From NCBI RefSeq assembly GCF_009914755.1, contig NC_060934.1: DNA of 64,000 nt; one strand, given 5' to 3'. The position numbers and the translations under genes were made by a program. Shown piece by piece: positions 1 through 18,668 of the stretch; position 1 is the stretch's first letter; each line of letters begins with the position of its first letter. Source of the stretch: the human T2T-CHM13v2.0 reference genome, Homo sapiens. The notes below the pieces were generated by a model. That model did not search any database. It was not told the origin of the DNA and saw only the letters and a program-made list of their open reading frames with translations.

Positions 1-37
1 GTCATACCTCAGTAAAGCTTAAAAAAAGACACATGTT

Positions 38-320
38 GGCCGGGCGTGGTGGCCCACGCCTATAATCATTTGGGAGGCCTAGGTGGGTGGATCACTGGAG
101 GTTAGGAATTTGAGATTAGCCTGGCCAACATGGCGAAACCCCACCTCTACTAAAAATATAGAAATTATCTGGGCATGGTGGCAGGCGCCTGTAATCCCAG
201 CTAACTGGGAGGCTGAGGTGGGAGAATCGCTTGACTTGGGAGGCAGAGGTTGCAGTGAGCCGAGATTACACCACTGTACTCCAGCCTGGGCGACAGAGCG
301 AGACTCCATCTCAAAAAAAA
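38..320 (+). mobile_element. Alu (AluS)
   Basis: GGCCGGGCGTGGTGGC start, dimer, A tail. Confidence 0.95.
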
Positions 321-407
321 TACACACGTATATAAAAAAAGTAAATTGGAGACATCTTGATGTTACACCCATACTAACAGTAGTGTCAATCTCTGTTCCT
401 TCACCCA

Positions 408-505
408 AGGAAGGAAAGAAGGAAGGAAGGGAGGGAGGGTGGGGAGAGAGAGAAAGAAGGAAGGAGGGAAGGAAAAAGGGAAAGAAGGAAGGAAGGAAGA
501 AGGAA
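408..505 (+). repeat. (GGAA)n-like GA-rich repeat
   Basis: Impure GGAA/GGGA/AAAG purine tract. Confidence 0.9.
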
Positions 506-2080
506 GTTTCCCTATGTAATTAAAATAGCATTATCACAACTAATACAATTAATACTAATTTCTTAATATCCAGTTTGTATTCCAGTTTCCCCAGTTACAT
601 TTGGGTTATATACTGAGTTTACAGCTCCACAGTCTCTTCGTGTGGGGAATGAGGAGGTGGAACTAACTCCATGAGCTCTCAGGTTTATATAAGCGTGAAA
701 GTTTTATGTTTAATACCATTAGGAAGAGCCGTTGTGATTTTGTTAATTTCTTGTTCTTAAAGAAGGATCGAAGCTTTAGAGACATAAACGTGGCTCTCTA
801 GCCAGGTGAAATGGAAATCTGGAAGTTATTTGGTTAAGAGAATAAATAGGGATGGGTTAGTGGTGTCTCCAGCTGGGCTTGGCTTGTAGATTGGGCAGCT
901 CACACATGGACAGTGGTTTGATGACTTGTGTACTGGCCAGAGAGAAGGAGGCTGTGTCCTGGTCTGAGACCCAGCAGGTTTGAGGTCTTGTATTTTCTAG
1001 TCTCCATAAATGTTCCCAATGCCATTTCGAGTTACAGTGAGGACTTGGACAGCCCTTTGCATTTAGTTTTGTTTTGTTATTTGAGACTCTGGTGTTTTCT
1101 TCAAGGAGGCTAAATGCTGGGTCTATTGGGTTACCTGTCTAAGGAAACTCCCATTGTTCCAGAATAAAAGAAGGATGAAAAAGTCATGCTTTGACTGCCT
1201 GGCGGCTATCAGGTGCTGCTGGCCCCAGAGGTTATGAGCCAACTGGCATGTCCTGCGCCTCATGCAGGCTCCCACTGTGAGAACCAGCTTTGAAGACCTC
1301 CCACCTAGACCTGCCCGCCATGTAAGAGGTGCGGTGCTGGGTGTCTGCCATGGGCCGGGGAGTGAGGAGAACCATTCTTTCCCACATGAGCTCTGAACCA
1401 ATTGAGAAGTAGGGCTGAGGGGCCAGGCAGGTGGAGATCAAAATGTTAAATTCATTCCTGATAAAAGTTCCATTGGAGGACTGGGGCATGTTTTAATAAA
1501 GGGCTTCCTCACTCTCAACCTCAGAAGCAGTCCGCCTAGCCCCCTGCAGGCTCCTCCTCTGGCCCAGAGGAGAGATGTAGTCTGTGGGCTTCCCACGGGT
1601 TCCCAAGAGAAAGGAGGGAGAAGGAGCTGGGCTGGTGCCCTCCATCCCCTCCTGGCCAGCTGGGTAAGTCTGTTCTCTTGCCTTGGGAGGAGGAAGAGGT
1701 AGGAGGGCCTGGAGGAGATTCCTCTGTAGACATTGGGAACCTGCTCCATCTTCACTCTTGCCCTCTTCTTGGGACCTGGTATCCCCAGGGACCCAGTGCC
1801 CTGGCTCCATTTGAGGATTTCCACCCTGGGGCAGCTCTTTTCCTGTCTCAGCTTCACAGACTAATTTATTTAGAGGGGGCGAGAGAAATGAGATAAATTC
1901 TGATAATAGTGGCACTTAATAAATATTAATTGTCATTCATATACATGATATGCATTTCTTGAACTGGTAAATCTTTCAAAGAATTTATTTTACAATTTCT
2001 CTCAAACTCTGAATATTTGTGGAGTAAATGAATATACCAATCCTTTGTTGCATTGGGAGGCAGAGACTTGAGGATGGTTA

Positions 2081-2104
2081 TGTGTTTGTGTGTGTGTGTG
2101 TGTG
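2081..2104 (+). repeat. (TG)n microsatellite
   Basis: Direct reading. Confidence 0.85.
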
Positions 2105-2439
2105 TTGGAGAGTGGGTCAGAGACGAAGTGGGACAGGGAGCTAAGGCTTCTGGAAGATTCCCTGGGGGATGTCCATGTTCTCAGTGTCCCGGGGGCTACT
2201 CTGGCCGATGGGCCTTCGACCACCGGGGTCCCAGGAACCAGAGCAACAGAGACATTGGGGATCTGAAGCAGCACATGTGCTGGGGGCCGCCTCCTTTTCC
2301 AAGTGGCCAATAGCCCCTTAATTGAGGGAGAGGAACCATCCAGGTTCAGAGGCAAAGCCCACTTGAGAGGGAAGGAGGAGAGTCTCGTGGAGCAGGCGAG
2401 TCAGGTGGGCGATGTTTGCGGATCCCTTTGCAAGCCTGT

Positions 2440-2540
2440 TTTCACAGTGTTTTCAGGTGTGTTCTGAGAGCAGCGTATGGAACCCGACAATGACCTTTGT
2501 TCACATTAATGGAGCAGATGATTGCATTGCATTTTTTGGG
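2440..2540 (-). mobile_element. L3/CR1 fragment (continuation of the 3995-4445 element)
   Basis: Resembles CR1 sequence downstream of the RT core; shares junction GCATTGCATTTTT(T)GG with 3995-4009. Confidence 0.4.
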
Positions 2541-2559
2541 TTCTTAAAAAAATGGTAAT

Positions 2560-3950
<1,391 letters not shown>

Positions 3951-3994
3951 GCATTACATTTTTAAAAGGAAACTTTCGTTGAAATATAATACAG

Positions 3995-4445
3995 GCATTG
4001 CATTTTTGGCAACCACAACACACTTCTGACTTACATGGACTTACCTGAACTGCTGGTTATCCAAAACCCCTAAAGTTTTAAATGTAACAACTAGGATACA
4101 TTTTATCATGGAGCCTTGCCTGTTTTGTTCTGAGTTGTTAATTTTTATGCACAATCTTGTGAGATCCAGCTCATTATATCAGCCTGTCAAGATCTTTTTA
4201 GAATTCTGAGTTTAGTTTAATTTTGGGTTGTCCACAAACATGATGATCGTATCCTCTCTCTGTACAAGTCACCAATAAAAATGCTGAAGAGGAAGGGGCC
4301 AGCAGCAGAGCTCTGTGGGGGCTGTTGAAACCCTTCCCCTGGTTGGGTCTTGCTGTGCAGGTGTTTATCGGTCCAGTTTTTCTTGCTTCTAGCTCCTGTC
4401 TTCATTTCATTTATAAGGAAATTTCTTACTATATTATGTGGACAG
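3995..4445 (-). mobile_element. L3/CR1 LINE fossil covering the reverse-transcriptase region
   Basis: Minus strand reads PQSSAAGPFLFSIFIGDL, MFVDNPKL, KDLDRL and LGVLDN..SQKCVVVAKNA. CR1 RT equivalents: PQGSVLGPVLFNIFINDL, FADDTKL, DLDRL, LGVLVD..SQQC..AAKKAN. Confidence 0.75.
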
Positions 4446-4473
4446 CAGGTTGTCATTCTGTTTTTGAATTTAA

Positions 4474-4775
4474 TTTTTTTGTTTGTTTGTTTTCGCGATG
4501 GAGTCTCGCTCTGTCACTCAGGCTGGAGTGCAGTGACGCGATTTCAGCTCACTGCAACCTCCGCCTCCTGGGTTCAAGCAATTCCCCTGCCTCAGCCTCC
4601 TGAGTAGCTGGGACTACAGGCGCGTGCCACCACGCCTGGCTAATTTTTTGTACTTTTAGTAGAGACGGGGCTTTACCGTGTTAGCCAAGATGGTCTCAAT
4701 CTCCTGACCTTGTGATCCATCTGCCTCGTCCTCCCAAAGTGCTGGGATTACAGGTGTGAGCCACCACTCCCGGCC
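4474..4775 (-). mobile_element. Alu (AluSc/Y-like)
   Basis: Full dimer. Confidence 0.95.
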
Positions 4776-4784
4776 GAATTTTAA

Positions 4785-5075
4785 TTTTTTTTTAGAGACA
4801 AGGTCTTACTTTGTCACCTGGGTTAAGAGTGCCGTGGCACAGCATAGCTCAATGCAGCCTCAAATTCCTGGGCTCAAGCGATTCTCCTGCCTCAGCCTCC
4901 CGAGTAGCTGGGACTATAGGCGTGCACTGCCATGCCTGGCAAATTTTAAAATTTTTTGTAGAGATGGAGTCTCGCTGTGTTCCCCAGGCTGGTCTTGAAA
5001 TCCTGGACTCAAGTGATCCTCCTGCCTCAGCCCCTAAAAGTGCTGGGATTACAGGTGTGAGCCTCTGTGCCTGCG
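4785..5075 (-). mobile_element. Alu (AluJ)
   Basis: J-type CCTGGGCTCAAGCGAT. Confidence 0.9.
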
Positions 5076-5504
5076 CTATGTTGCCACTCACCTAATAATC
5101 TGCAAACCTCTGGAGAATGGAACTAAGCCAGACTGGCTGTCCGCGCTCAGGTTTTTTAGTAGGTAAAATTTTAGGTGAATGACAGTTAGCTGTTCTCCTA
5201 CATTCTCATTGCCAGGTTATAATGCAAGCAAGTTTCATACCAAATTCACATAAGATCCCTTATTTAGGAAATGTGTGAGCAGGCCGGCCGGCTGGCCGAG
5301 TACAGTCTGGGTGGTGGTTCTGTCATCAGGAGTCCCTGCTCTGTGCCTTACTGTGTGCTCTGAGTGCCACTTTGGATGAAAGCTTCCCTCGAGGCAGATT
5401 TTCCAGTATTCCAAAACCAGGGTTCTCTTACCCTAGGAGGAGCCTCAGGCAGCCAGAAATTTCCCAAACCAATGGCTGGACCTTTTTAGGAATCTCGCAT
5501 AAGG

Positions 5505-5789
5505 ATAGAGGGTCTTGCTCTGTAGCTCAGGCTGGAGTGCAGTGACATGACCAGGGCTCACTGCAGCCTTGACCTCCCGGGCTTAAGCAATCCTCCTGCC
5601 ACAGTGTCCCAAGTAGCTGAGACTTCAGGTATGCACCACCACACCCAGCTAATTTTCGTATTTTTTTGTAGAGACAGGGGTTTTGCCATGTGGCCCAGGC
5701 TGGTGTCAAACTACTGGGCTCAAGCAGTTCGCCCGCCTTGGCCTTCCAAAGTGTTGGGATTACAGGCATGAGCCACTATGTCCAGCCTG
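5505..5789 (-). mobile_element. Alu (AluJ)
   Basis: Diverged dimer. Confidence 0.9.
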
Positions 5790-5799
5790 GTAATCACGG

Positions 5800-6050
5800 T
5801 TCTGACTGTTGTCACCTTAGATTAGTTTTGCCTGCTTTTAAATTCCATATAAATGGAATTGCACTTATGTTTTATGACATTGATTCATGTTGTTGCATGT
5901 AAAAGTTGTTCGTTTTTTCCCCATTGCTCTGTAATTCCATCATATAAAGTTTAGGTTCCTTTCTGTAGTTGATGGACATTTGGTTGTTTCCAGTTTGGGA
6001 CAATATGAAGCAAACAGCTGAAAACATTCTTGTCCATGTCTTTGGTGGAT
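5800..6050 (-). mobile_element. L1ME-like 3' fragment
   Basis: GATGGACATTTGGTTGTTTCCAGTTTGGG..AACATTCTTGT. Confidence 0.7.
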
Positions 6051-6896
6051 GGAGTATGAGTCATTGATTAGGTTAACTGACTGTCCTTAGAATTGACATT
6101 TACAGCAACTAGCCCATGGAGAATATCATGCTGTCCGTGCCAAATGATTTTAAAGTAAACTGAAGGTGTTATACAAAACCATATTAAACAAAGGAGTGAA
6201 TTTAGTCTCATATGACTTGTATTTAGCCAGTTCGTGCCAGTATGAAAGCAGATCATTGCTTTGGTGCACCCCGCCCATAATAAATGTTCTAAGTCAGAAG
6301 GTCAATTTCCTGAAATCTGAGATTCTCATGTGAAAGTACATTGTTTCCTCATGCCTTCTCCAGAAGCTTGGGTGGGAAAGAACCCTTTATCGCTTCTGCA
6401 GATAGGCACCATTTTCTCATTATAGATTCTCACTGTGAAAAAGTCATGAATTACTAAAAACTCTGGGAATATAAACTAGGTTTGGGGATCCCCTGAATTG
6501 GAATGAATAAAGTTTTAAAATATTCATTTATGTTTGATTTCCATGTCATTGTGTGTCTTGTGATGAGAAAAATATTTGCTGCTGATTTAGAATTCCTGAA
6601 TGCTCTTATAAAAATTTAATTCCACCCATATTAACTAGGCTTTCAAGTCTTTTTGAGAGGGGCTGTTTTCTTCCAATAGGTTGCTAGAGGGGAAACCTGT
6701 TAGCCTAAGAGAATTGTTGGATGCAAGTTTAATAGGGAAGGTGAACTCAGACCACCAGTGGGGGATGCCGCATTGATTTAAATTTTAAAAGATCCCGTGT
6801 TTTATGAAAGTAAAGAAATAGGTTAACAGTCCCCGTGACAAGAATGGAAAACATTCTCAGGACCTATACCACACATATACATTTAAAGTATCACTC

Positions 6897-7107
6897 AGCC
6901 TGGGCAACATGGTGAGGGCCTGTCTCTACAAAAATTTAAATCTTAGCCAGGCATGGCGGCACGTGCCTGTTGTCCCAGGTTGAGGCGGGAGGATCACTTG
7001 AGCCCAGGAGGTCAAGGCTGCAGTGAGCTATGATTGCGCCACTGCAGTCCAGCCTCGGTGACAGAGTGAGACTCTGTCTCAAAAAAAAAAAAAAAAAAAA
7101 AAAAAAA
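6897..7107 (+). mobile_element. Alu (AluJ, 5' truncated)
   Basis: Right arm plus A tail. Confidence 0.9.
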
Positions 7108-7159
7108 TCTCTACCTTTTTATAGCACCTAACAGTACTTTTAAACAACCCTACAGGAGG

Positions 7160-8154
<995 letters not shown>

Positions 8155-8435
8155 TTATATTTGCATCAAGAAACACTGGAAGGATAAACAAGTTATAATA
8201 AAATGCTCTTCTGTCTGAGGCACAGGGGAAGGGAGTGATTGGGAATAGGTGTCGGAATGCCTCCTTTGCATGGGTCTTTTGATGGATTGTGTTGACCTTT
8301 GAATCATGTAGAAAAGCAAGTCAGCAACCAGCAAAAGCAAATCAGCCAGGGAATGCCTTTGACTTTGAATGAGACCAAGAGCAGGTGGTGGAGAGTGAAG
8401 GTGGTTGACTGCATTTCTTAGCTCAGAAGCAAAGT

Positions 8436-8600
8436 CAGTGCATTCATTCATTCATTCAATCTGCAAATGCATACCGAGCCTCTCCCATGCACCGTCTGCT
8501 GTTGCACATGCCGAGGATACAGCTGTCAACAGAAGCATTAAGGTCCAAGCTTTCCCAGAGCTGGCATTCTTGAGGGGGCAAACACATGACAAAAAGGTGA
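8436..8600 (-). mobile_element. L2 3' end
   Basis: CATTCATTCATTCATTCAA terminal repeat followed by L2-like GGATACAGC.. Confidence 0.7.
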
Positions 8601-8727
8601 TTAGTGAGGAAGAGAAGGCTCATGCGGCAGGACCTAGAGAGGAAGGCGAGAGGAGTCCATGCTGAGGCCAGAGGGGACGTTCATTGCTGATACATATTCC
8701 TATGTGTTCATCATGCATTTGCAAACA

Positions 8728-9049
8728 GTTTTTTTTTAATTTTATTTTTTAAAGACAGGGTCTTGCACTGTCACCCAGGCTGGAGTGCAGTAGCACGATC
8801 ATAGCTCACCACAGCCTCTACCTCCTGGCCTCAAGTGATCCTCCCACCTCAGCCTTCCAAGTAGCTGGAACTAAAGGTGTGTGCTGTCATGCCCAACTAA
8901 TTTTATTGTTATTATTAATATTTTTTGTAGAAATGAGGTCTCACTGTGTTGTTGCCCAGCTGGTCTCTTGAACTCCTGGCCTCAAGCGATCCTCCTGCCT
9001 CAGCCTCCTAAAGTGTCAGGATTACAGGTGTGAGTCACTGCGCCTGGCC
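8728..9049 (-). mobile_element. Alu (AluJ)
   Basis: Full dimer. Confidence 0.93.
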
Positions 9050-9165
9050 CTTTGAACAATATTTGCACCTAGGATAATAAAGTGGTGTAAAATCTTACAT
9101 TTAATCTTTTGCTACAGCAGTCAGGATTACATTTTATCATCATATTATCACTTCAGATAAGTTTC

Positions 9166-9494
<329 letters not shown>

Positions 9495-10544
9495 AGGATT
9501 ATATTTTATCATAATATAATTATCACTTCAGATAAGTTTCAAATAAAAAAAACCACGTTATGGCAGGTGACTGTGCCCCAGCCCACTACTGTGTTGGTGG
9601 AAAACTAGAATTTAGTTGAATAAATAAAAAGTGGATTTGATCATGATAGTTTGCTTTCACAACAGTCAGGTTATTCTGGGGTTAATGTTCTCTGAATGAT
9701 TTGTGACTATAACCGTAGATTATTAGGTGATGAGACATTACTGTGACGAGTCTATTTTTTTCTATTCTGTAGTTTAAAAAAATTCCTCTTCACTGTGATA
9801 TATTAGCTACAGAAAATTGAAAAAAAAACCCACGCATACACTCAGATAAATCACATAGCCCTCATATTCCATATGTCTTCATGACAGTCATTGTCTGAGA
9901 ATCCCAGGGCGATAGCTCCATGGTAGATAATGTAGATATTTGAAACATATTTGTCTTGTGTTTATTTATTTATATTTTCTCTTCCTTGTCTTTTTAGTGG
10001 CAGACTTATCTGTCATAGTTTCTGAATTCGATGAAAGATTAATGTGGTTATTTTTAAAATTTTTACGATGAAATGATTAGTTTGCAAGAGAGATTTTTCT
10101 CTGTCTCTTTGGGTTCAATTAAATGTTGGTGAAACTTGAGAAATAATGAGCAACATGGATCAAAGCCGTGGGGAAAGGCGGTGTTATTGCTTCCAGCATC
10201 TCTAGGTCTGCAACAGCAAGAGTTAAGTTTTGCTCAGAGAATGAAGGAAAAATAACACAGACTGGGCAGCCAGATTTGCGAGTCTGGGCTTTTCCTGACA
10301 ACCAGTGCAGACTATAGCTCCATCTGACATGGAACCGGCGTATTCACAAGCATTGCTAGATCTGTGATCTAGTTATGAAAACACCAGAAATCGGCTTTGT
10401 TTTCAGGGTGAAAAAAATGCAAAGTCATACAGATTCTTATTTCCTAATCATGATAAACTCCACTGTATGGTATATTAAGGAAAAGCTCCAGGAGTAGCAG
10501 ACATCCTCTGTCATTTTAGGAAATGCACAAAAAGGTGGTAATGA

Positions 10545-11182
<638 letters not shown>

Positions 11183-11691
11183 TCCCAATTCTTAATTGCT
11201 TAAAAGGGTTGGACTCTCTTTGAGGACTAGCTGATTCAGAGCTTTGTCAGATCTGTCCTCTTAGAATCTCAGGGTGGACTTGGGAGGATGTGATCTTTGC
11301 TTCCTGGTAGATAAAGGAAAAAAGTAGGTAGTGACTGCAGAAGGACCTCCACTCTGCCTCCTCAATTCACCTTACAGGAAGCTTGGACAGCATCTCTGGG
11401 GCTGGCCAGGGCAGTTGCTGCAGCCAGCCTGTGAGGACAGGATCGTCCTCATCCACCATTGCTGCCAGTGAGACAACCCTGCCAGAGCAGGTTTGATTTT
11501 CCATAAGCAGCTGTACTCAAGGATGTAGAAAGGCACCTGGCCACTCTGAGGATACATGTTCCGTGCTCTGCGTGTTGTGTTATCTTTCTGAATTTACTTT
11601 CTAGGCAGGAAATAAGAATAGGGTAGCAAAAGTAAGAAAGGACGAAGGGCAGTTGGGTAGGAGTCGTCTGATTCTTTAATGCTTTTTACTA

Positions 11692-12030
<339 letters not shown>

Positions 12031-12438
12031 TCAAAGTAAGAATACCCAAAAGTAACCCAACAGTGGTGGAAATATTTCACAGTTATTTTTAGGTGTTCTT
12101 CTATGATGGTAGCCAAGGTATCTCTTAGAGTAGATGCCTTGAGTGGAGACCGTATTGTTTTGCCACGTATCTTTGGAGGAGGAAGTTTGTTGCTCATCAC
12201 AGAAACCAAACACTGTTTTTCTTGGGAACTGTTCCCTGTTCTCTGAAACAATGAACACGCTTCTCTCGGATCCACTTCACCAGAATATTCCCACCCAGCG
12301 CTTCTTACGTCTTATACCAAGACCCCTAACTCCCTTGCGACTCAGCGAAAGAATGAGTGCGTGCTCCTAAGAGTTTGTGTTCTGTCGAAGTCCAAATTCT
12401 GTTAATTTTATGAAAATTCACTTATTTTTCATTACTAA

Positions 12439-12774
<336 letters not shown>

Positions 12775-13007
12775 AAGAATTTTTTTTTTTTTTTGAATAA
12801 ATGGTTATAAGCATTGGACCATATTTGTGAAGGTCTCAAGACCATCTAACAGAATTGTTGTAAAATATGACAGTAACAGGAACAACTACAAAAAAGAGAG
12901 CTGATATTTGTATATTGCTGTTAGCATGCATTATTAAACATGAGAAGGGTCAGAGTTCAGATGTGACATGCCTAATGGGCTGATATGAGTTGTGGAGCTC
13001 TCATTCT

Positions 13008-13170
13008 CTTTTTTCTTTAGAGATGGGTTCTTGCTCTGTTTCCCAGGCTGGAGTGCAGTGGCACGGTCATAGCCCACTGCAGCCTTGACCTCCTGGGCTC
13101 AAGCAATCCTCCCATCTCAGCTCCTGCCCCGAGTAGCTGGGACTACAGGCATGCACCACCATGCCCAGCT
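13008..13170 (-). mobile_element. FRAM / AluJ right monomer
   Basis: Monomer with TSD-like GAGCTCT. Confidence 0.85.
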
Positions 13171-13440
13171 TGAGCTCTTATTTCTAACCCGTTAAGGTAA
13201 TGGAGTCCTCTGCAGTGAAGTGGTGTTAGTGAGAATAGCTTGCAGGGCAGAGCCTAGCAGCATAGACAGAGAGCACTCTATCTGGGCTGGAAGAAAAAAT
13301 GAGCATATGCCAGAGAATAAACATCTTTTGTCAAAATTCTGTTGGGCAACCAGCAGCTGGCACTCATATCTAGAGTCCAAGACCGATAACAGCAAACTTA
13401 TTTCCTATTTGGCTTAGAGAATGAAAATAAGCTCTAAGAG

Positions 13441-13747
13441 TTTTTTTTTTTTTTTTTCCTCCTGAAATGGAATCTTTCTCTGTCGTTCAGGCAGGAGAGA
13501 GCAATGGCGTGATCTTGGCTCACTGCAACCTCTGCCTCCCGTGTTCAAGTGATTCTCCTGCTTCAGCTTCTTGAGTAGCTGAGATTAGAGGCGCACACCG
13601 CCACACCTGGCTAATTTTTGTATTTTTAGTAGAGACGGGGTTTCACCTTGTTGGCCAGGCTGGTTTCGAACTCCTGACCTCAAATGATTCACCCACCTCA
13701 GCCTCCCAAAGTGTTGGGATTACAGGTGTGAGCCACTGCACTTGGCC
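13441..13747 (-). mobile_element. Alu (AluSx/Sz-like)
   Basis: TSD AGCTCTAAGAGTTTT. Confidence 0.95.
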
Positions 13748-14018
13748 AGCTCTAAGAGTTTTAAAAAATTTATGCATAAATATATCATAGGTTGGTACTA
13801 ACCAGTATTTTAGTTGTTAGTAAATTTGGTGGTTTGTTTATAATGCAACAACTTATCTTTTTAAGTAAACATGAATTCATAATCTGCCAGCACATCTGTG
13901 TCTCTATCAGCCAGTTTTCTCACCTCTGAGATTACCACTCTTTTGTTTTCACTACGATGTTCTCGGTGCTTTTTTCTCACCTCTCGGTGAGTTGAAGGGG
14001 CTGATGTGTATCGCCCCC

Positions 14019-14417
14019 TGATATGGTTAGGCTTTATTTCCCCACCAGGTCTCATCTTGGATTATAATTCCTATAAATCCCCATAATCCGCAGGTGTCAA
14101 GGGAGAGACCAGGTGGAGGTAAATGAATCATGGGGTAGGTTTTCCCCATGCTGTTCTCGTGATAGTGAGTTCTCACTAGATCTGATGGTTGTATAAGTGT
14201 GTGGTAGTGTCTCCTGCGTTCCTTCTCCTTCCTGCCGCCTTGTGAAGAAGATGCCTTGCTTCCCCTTCTGCCTTGCTTCCTTCCTCTTCCACCATGATTG
14301 TAAGTTTCCCGAGGCCTCCCCAGCCATGCTGAACTGTGACTCAGTTAAACCTCTTTCCTTTATAAATCACTCAGACTCAGGCAGTTCTTTATAACAGTAT
14401 GAAAACGGACTAATACA
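14019..14417 (+). mobile_element. THE1 (THE1D-like) MaLR solo LTR
   Basis: TGATATGGTTAGGCTTT..GGACTAATACA with TG..CA termini. Confidence 0.9.
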
Positions 14418-14843
14418 CCCCTGCTTAGATGGGGTCTGAAAACCTGGTTAAAGTATATCTCAAAACAATAAATAAAAGCTCCTGGCTGTTGGTCCCCTCT
14501 TTGTCCCGTGGTTGTTGAGTGACTAGGTAAGAAATTAAATGGGACACTCTGCAGATACCTAGCAGAGGCCTCGGCAGGTGGGTCTTCCATCAGTTGGTAT
14601 TTTTCCTCTCCTTCAGTAGCTCTTTTCCGATTGCCACAGAGCACTCCCAGGTGCAGGGAGTAGTCAGTAAATGAACTGGCCATCTCCAGAGCTTTTGCAG
14701 ACTCACCTTGAGCAAGGCTGATGCTCTCAGAAGGTGTACCATTTGATCGTGTGGCTTTACCTACCCTCCCCCACCACGTGTACTGTAATTTGAGAGTTTA
14801 GTGTTAGTGGCTGATGTCAGACAAGGCAGAAAAGAGTGGTCAA

Positions 14844-15140
14844 GGCCGGGCGCCGTGGCTCATGCCTGTAATCCCAGTACTTTGGGAGGCCGAGGCAGGC
14901 GGATCACGAGGTCAGGAGATTGAGACCATCCTGACTAACACGGTGAAACCCCATCTGTACTAAAAATACAAAAAATTAGCCGGGTGTGGTGGCGGGTACC
15001 TGTAGTCCCAGCTACTCAGGAGGCTGAGGCAGGAGAATGGCATGAACCCGGGAGGTGGAGCTTGCATTGAGCCGAGATCTCGCCACTGCACTCCAGCCTG
15101 GGTGACAGAGCGAGACTCCATCTTAAAAAAAAAAAAAAAA
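14844..15140 (+). mobile_element. AluY
   Basis: ACCATCCTG..TAACACGGTGAAA, GAATGGC..GGAGCTTGCA; TSD AAAAGAGTG(G/A)TCAA. Confidence 0.93.
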
Positions 15141-15588
15141 GAGTGATCAAATTCATCCCAAATGTATTTTGTTGTATTTCATATTCTTCATATTTGAGCA
15201 CTTAAGAACCATTCACAAGTCAATTCTCTAAAGCAGAACATCACATTCAACAGCACACACATTCCTGAGACGTTCTGGATATTGGGCAAGGAATAATCAA
15301 TCCTAAATTCCATTATGCCTTTACAGTGGTCATGTTGAAATCTGATGAGAATGGTGGGTGAGAGCTTGGGTTTGTCCGTCACCCATAAAGCACGCAGTTT
15401 GTGCATTTCAGTTATGTGCAGAGGTTTAATGGTAGATTTCTAATTGAAGGATAAGATAGTGGGGCAGCATTTCTTTACCAACTCTGATAAGCGAAAATAA
15501 AAGTCCTGTTCATCTGGGTGTTTCTGTCTCAGCCATTAATTATAGATAATCCCCAATTACCCCTGAATTCAGAGAGTTTTGCATATAA

Positions 15589-15979
<391 letters not shown>

Positions 15980-15999
15980 TAACAAGCATCAAAGAGGTA

Positions 16000-16180
16000 A
16001 TGTTTTGAGCAACCACCTCGTATTTTATCCAGGTTGTTGCATTTAATCACCCCTTTGGTGCTGCAGTGTGGTATTACTCCACATTACAGATGAAGAGACA
16101 GAGGTTCTGGGAGGCTAAATGCAAAGTCATCTCTTGAGTCATGAGCTGGACTGCTACTTCACCTAACTTGAGACCCATAC
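16000..16180 (-). mobile_element. MIR
   Basis: CATTACAGATGAAGAGACAGAGG core. Confidence 0.65.
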
Positions 16181-16344
16181 TCTCTCTTTCTCTTTAGATT
16201 GCTGCCTGCCCACTGCTAGAAGCAGATAGGAAGAGGCCAGAAAAAGACTGAAATGATCATAAATCATCAATTTCTGAGTAACCAGGAATTGACAAATATT
16301 TGAGAGAGTTAGCCTCAGTTTCTTCATTTAAAAAATGAGGTTAT

Positions 16345-16922
<578 letters not shown>

Positions 16923-17437
16923 TCAATAGGTTTTCCTAGGGGGAGGTGTTATTTGTAAGTAACAGATGAGATAATGCATTAAAAATACTTTGGTAAGTGC
17001 CATCAGCAATAAATATGCCAAGGAAGATGGTCCCCCTCTCAAGCCTCTGACCTTAGGAAGGATCTGTGCCTGGGAAATGTGTCTTGGGAACGTTTTTTAT
17101 GGGAAGGTCGTGGCGGCAGCTACACAGGGCTTCTTACACGAGCTGAGAGCGACATCTGGTCCAGACAGATGACAGGTGCAAAATGAAGCAGGATGTTTCA
17201 GGGATTGTCGTAGCTGGGGCACATTTGCTTGTTTAAAATCTCTGGAACTTCCTGGCCAAAAGGCTTATAGGGTTTTGATGACTCATTTTGAAGCAAAGCA
17301 AGCACCCCAGGATGTTGCCCTCGAACTCAGGTTGAAATTTCACCTCTCTTGGCTGCCTGAGAAACTTGTTGTCAGTACGTGGCCCGCAGAAGGAATGGGT
17401 AGATGCTGCCATGTGGAACGTGTAATAAATATTGTGA

Positions 17438-17800
<363 letters not shown>

Positions 17801-18159
17801 TGAATTGTGACTTGAGCCATGTCCCAACCTAAAGAGAGCAGTTACTTAATGCATTTTCAAATGCACTGAATGTCAAAATATTTTCACCTCTGATTAAAAA
17901 AATGAAATTGTCAGTTATGCCAGGTCTACCTAGAATAGATGACTTTTCTCTCATCAACACTCATTTTATGAGAGCGTTAGCAGAGATACACTTCATAATG
18001 CTTGGCATAGCCCATTGTAGGGATGGCATATGTATTTGTTGAATAAATGGGCTGCAGAAGCACCTGTAAAACCCAGGCTGGGTTTGTGTAATCATTTGTA
18101 GGTAGGATTATCTCTTGATTGGTCTTTGTTCACATGAGGTTTACAACATATGTTCTTTA

Positions 18160-18340
18160 GGTTTTTTAAATGGAATTTTTTATTGACATAATTGTAGATT
18201 TGCATGAAGTTGTCAGGAGTAATAGAGATAGCCTGCATACCCTTTATCCAGTTTCACCCAATGGTAAATCTTACAAGTTTACAGTACAATATCATAACCA
18301 GGATATTGAAATTGATATAGTTCATGTCATTCATACAAGC
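18160..18340 (-). mobile_element. L1MC-like 3' end
   Basis: CCCTTTATCCAGTTTCACCCAATGGTAA..ACAATATCATAACCAGGATATTGA. Confidence 0.7.
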
Positions 18341-18369
18341 TACCGATTTTATGCAAATACGCTTTTTAA

Positions 18370-18668
18370 TTTTTATGTTTTGAGACAGGGTCTCACTCTG
18401 TCACTCAGGCTAGAGGGCAGTGGTGCCATCATGCGCACTGCAGCCTTGACCTCCTGGGCTCAAGTGATCCTCCCGCCTCAGCTTCCCGAGTAGCTGGGAC
18501 TACAGGTGCTTAACACTACATCCAGCTATTTTTTTTATATTTTCTGTAAAGACGGGTCTTCATTCTGTTGCCCAGGCTGGCTCATCTCAAATGCCTGGGC
18601 TCAAGCAATCTGCGTGCCTTACCTTCCCAAAGTTCTGGCATTACAGCCATGAGCCACTGAGCCCGGCC
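18370..18668 (-). mobile_element. Alu (AluJ)
   Basis: Full dimer. Confidence 0.92.
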
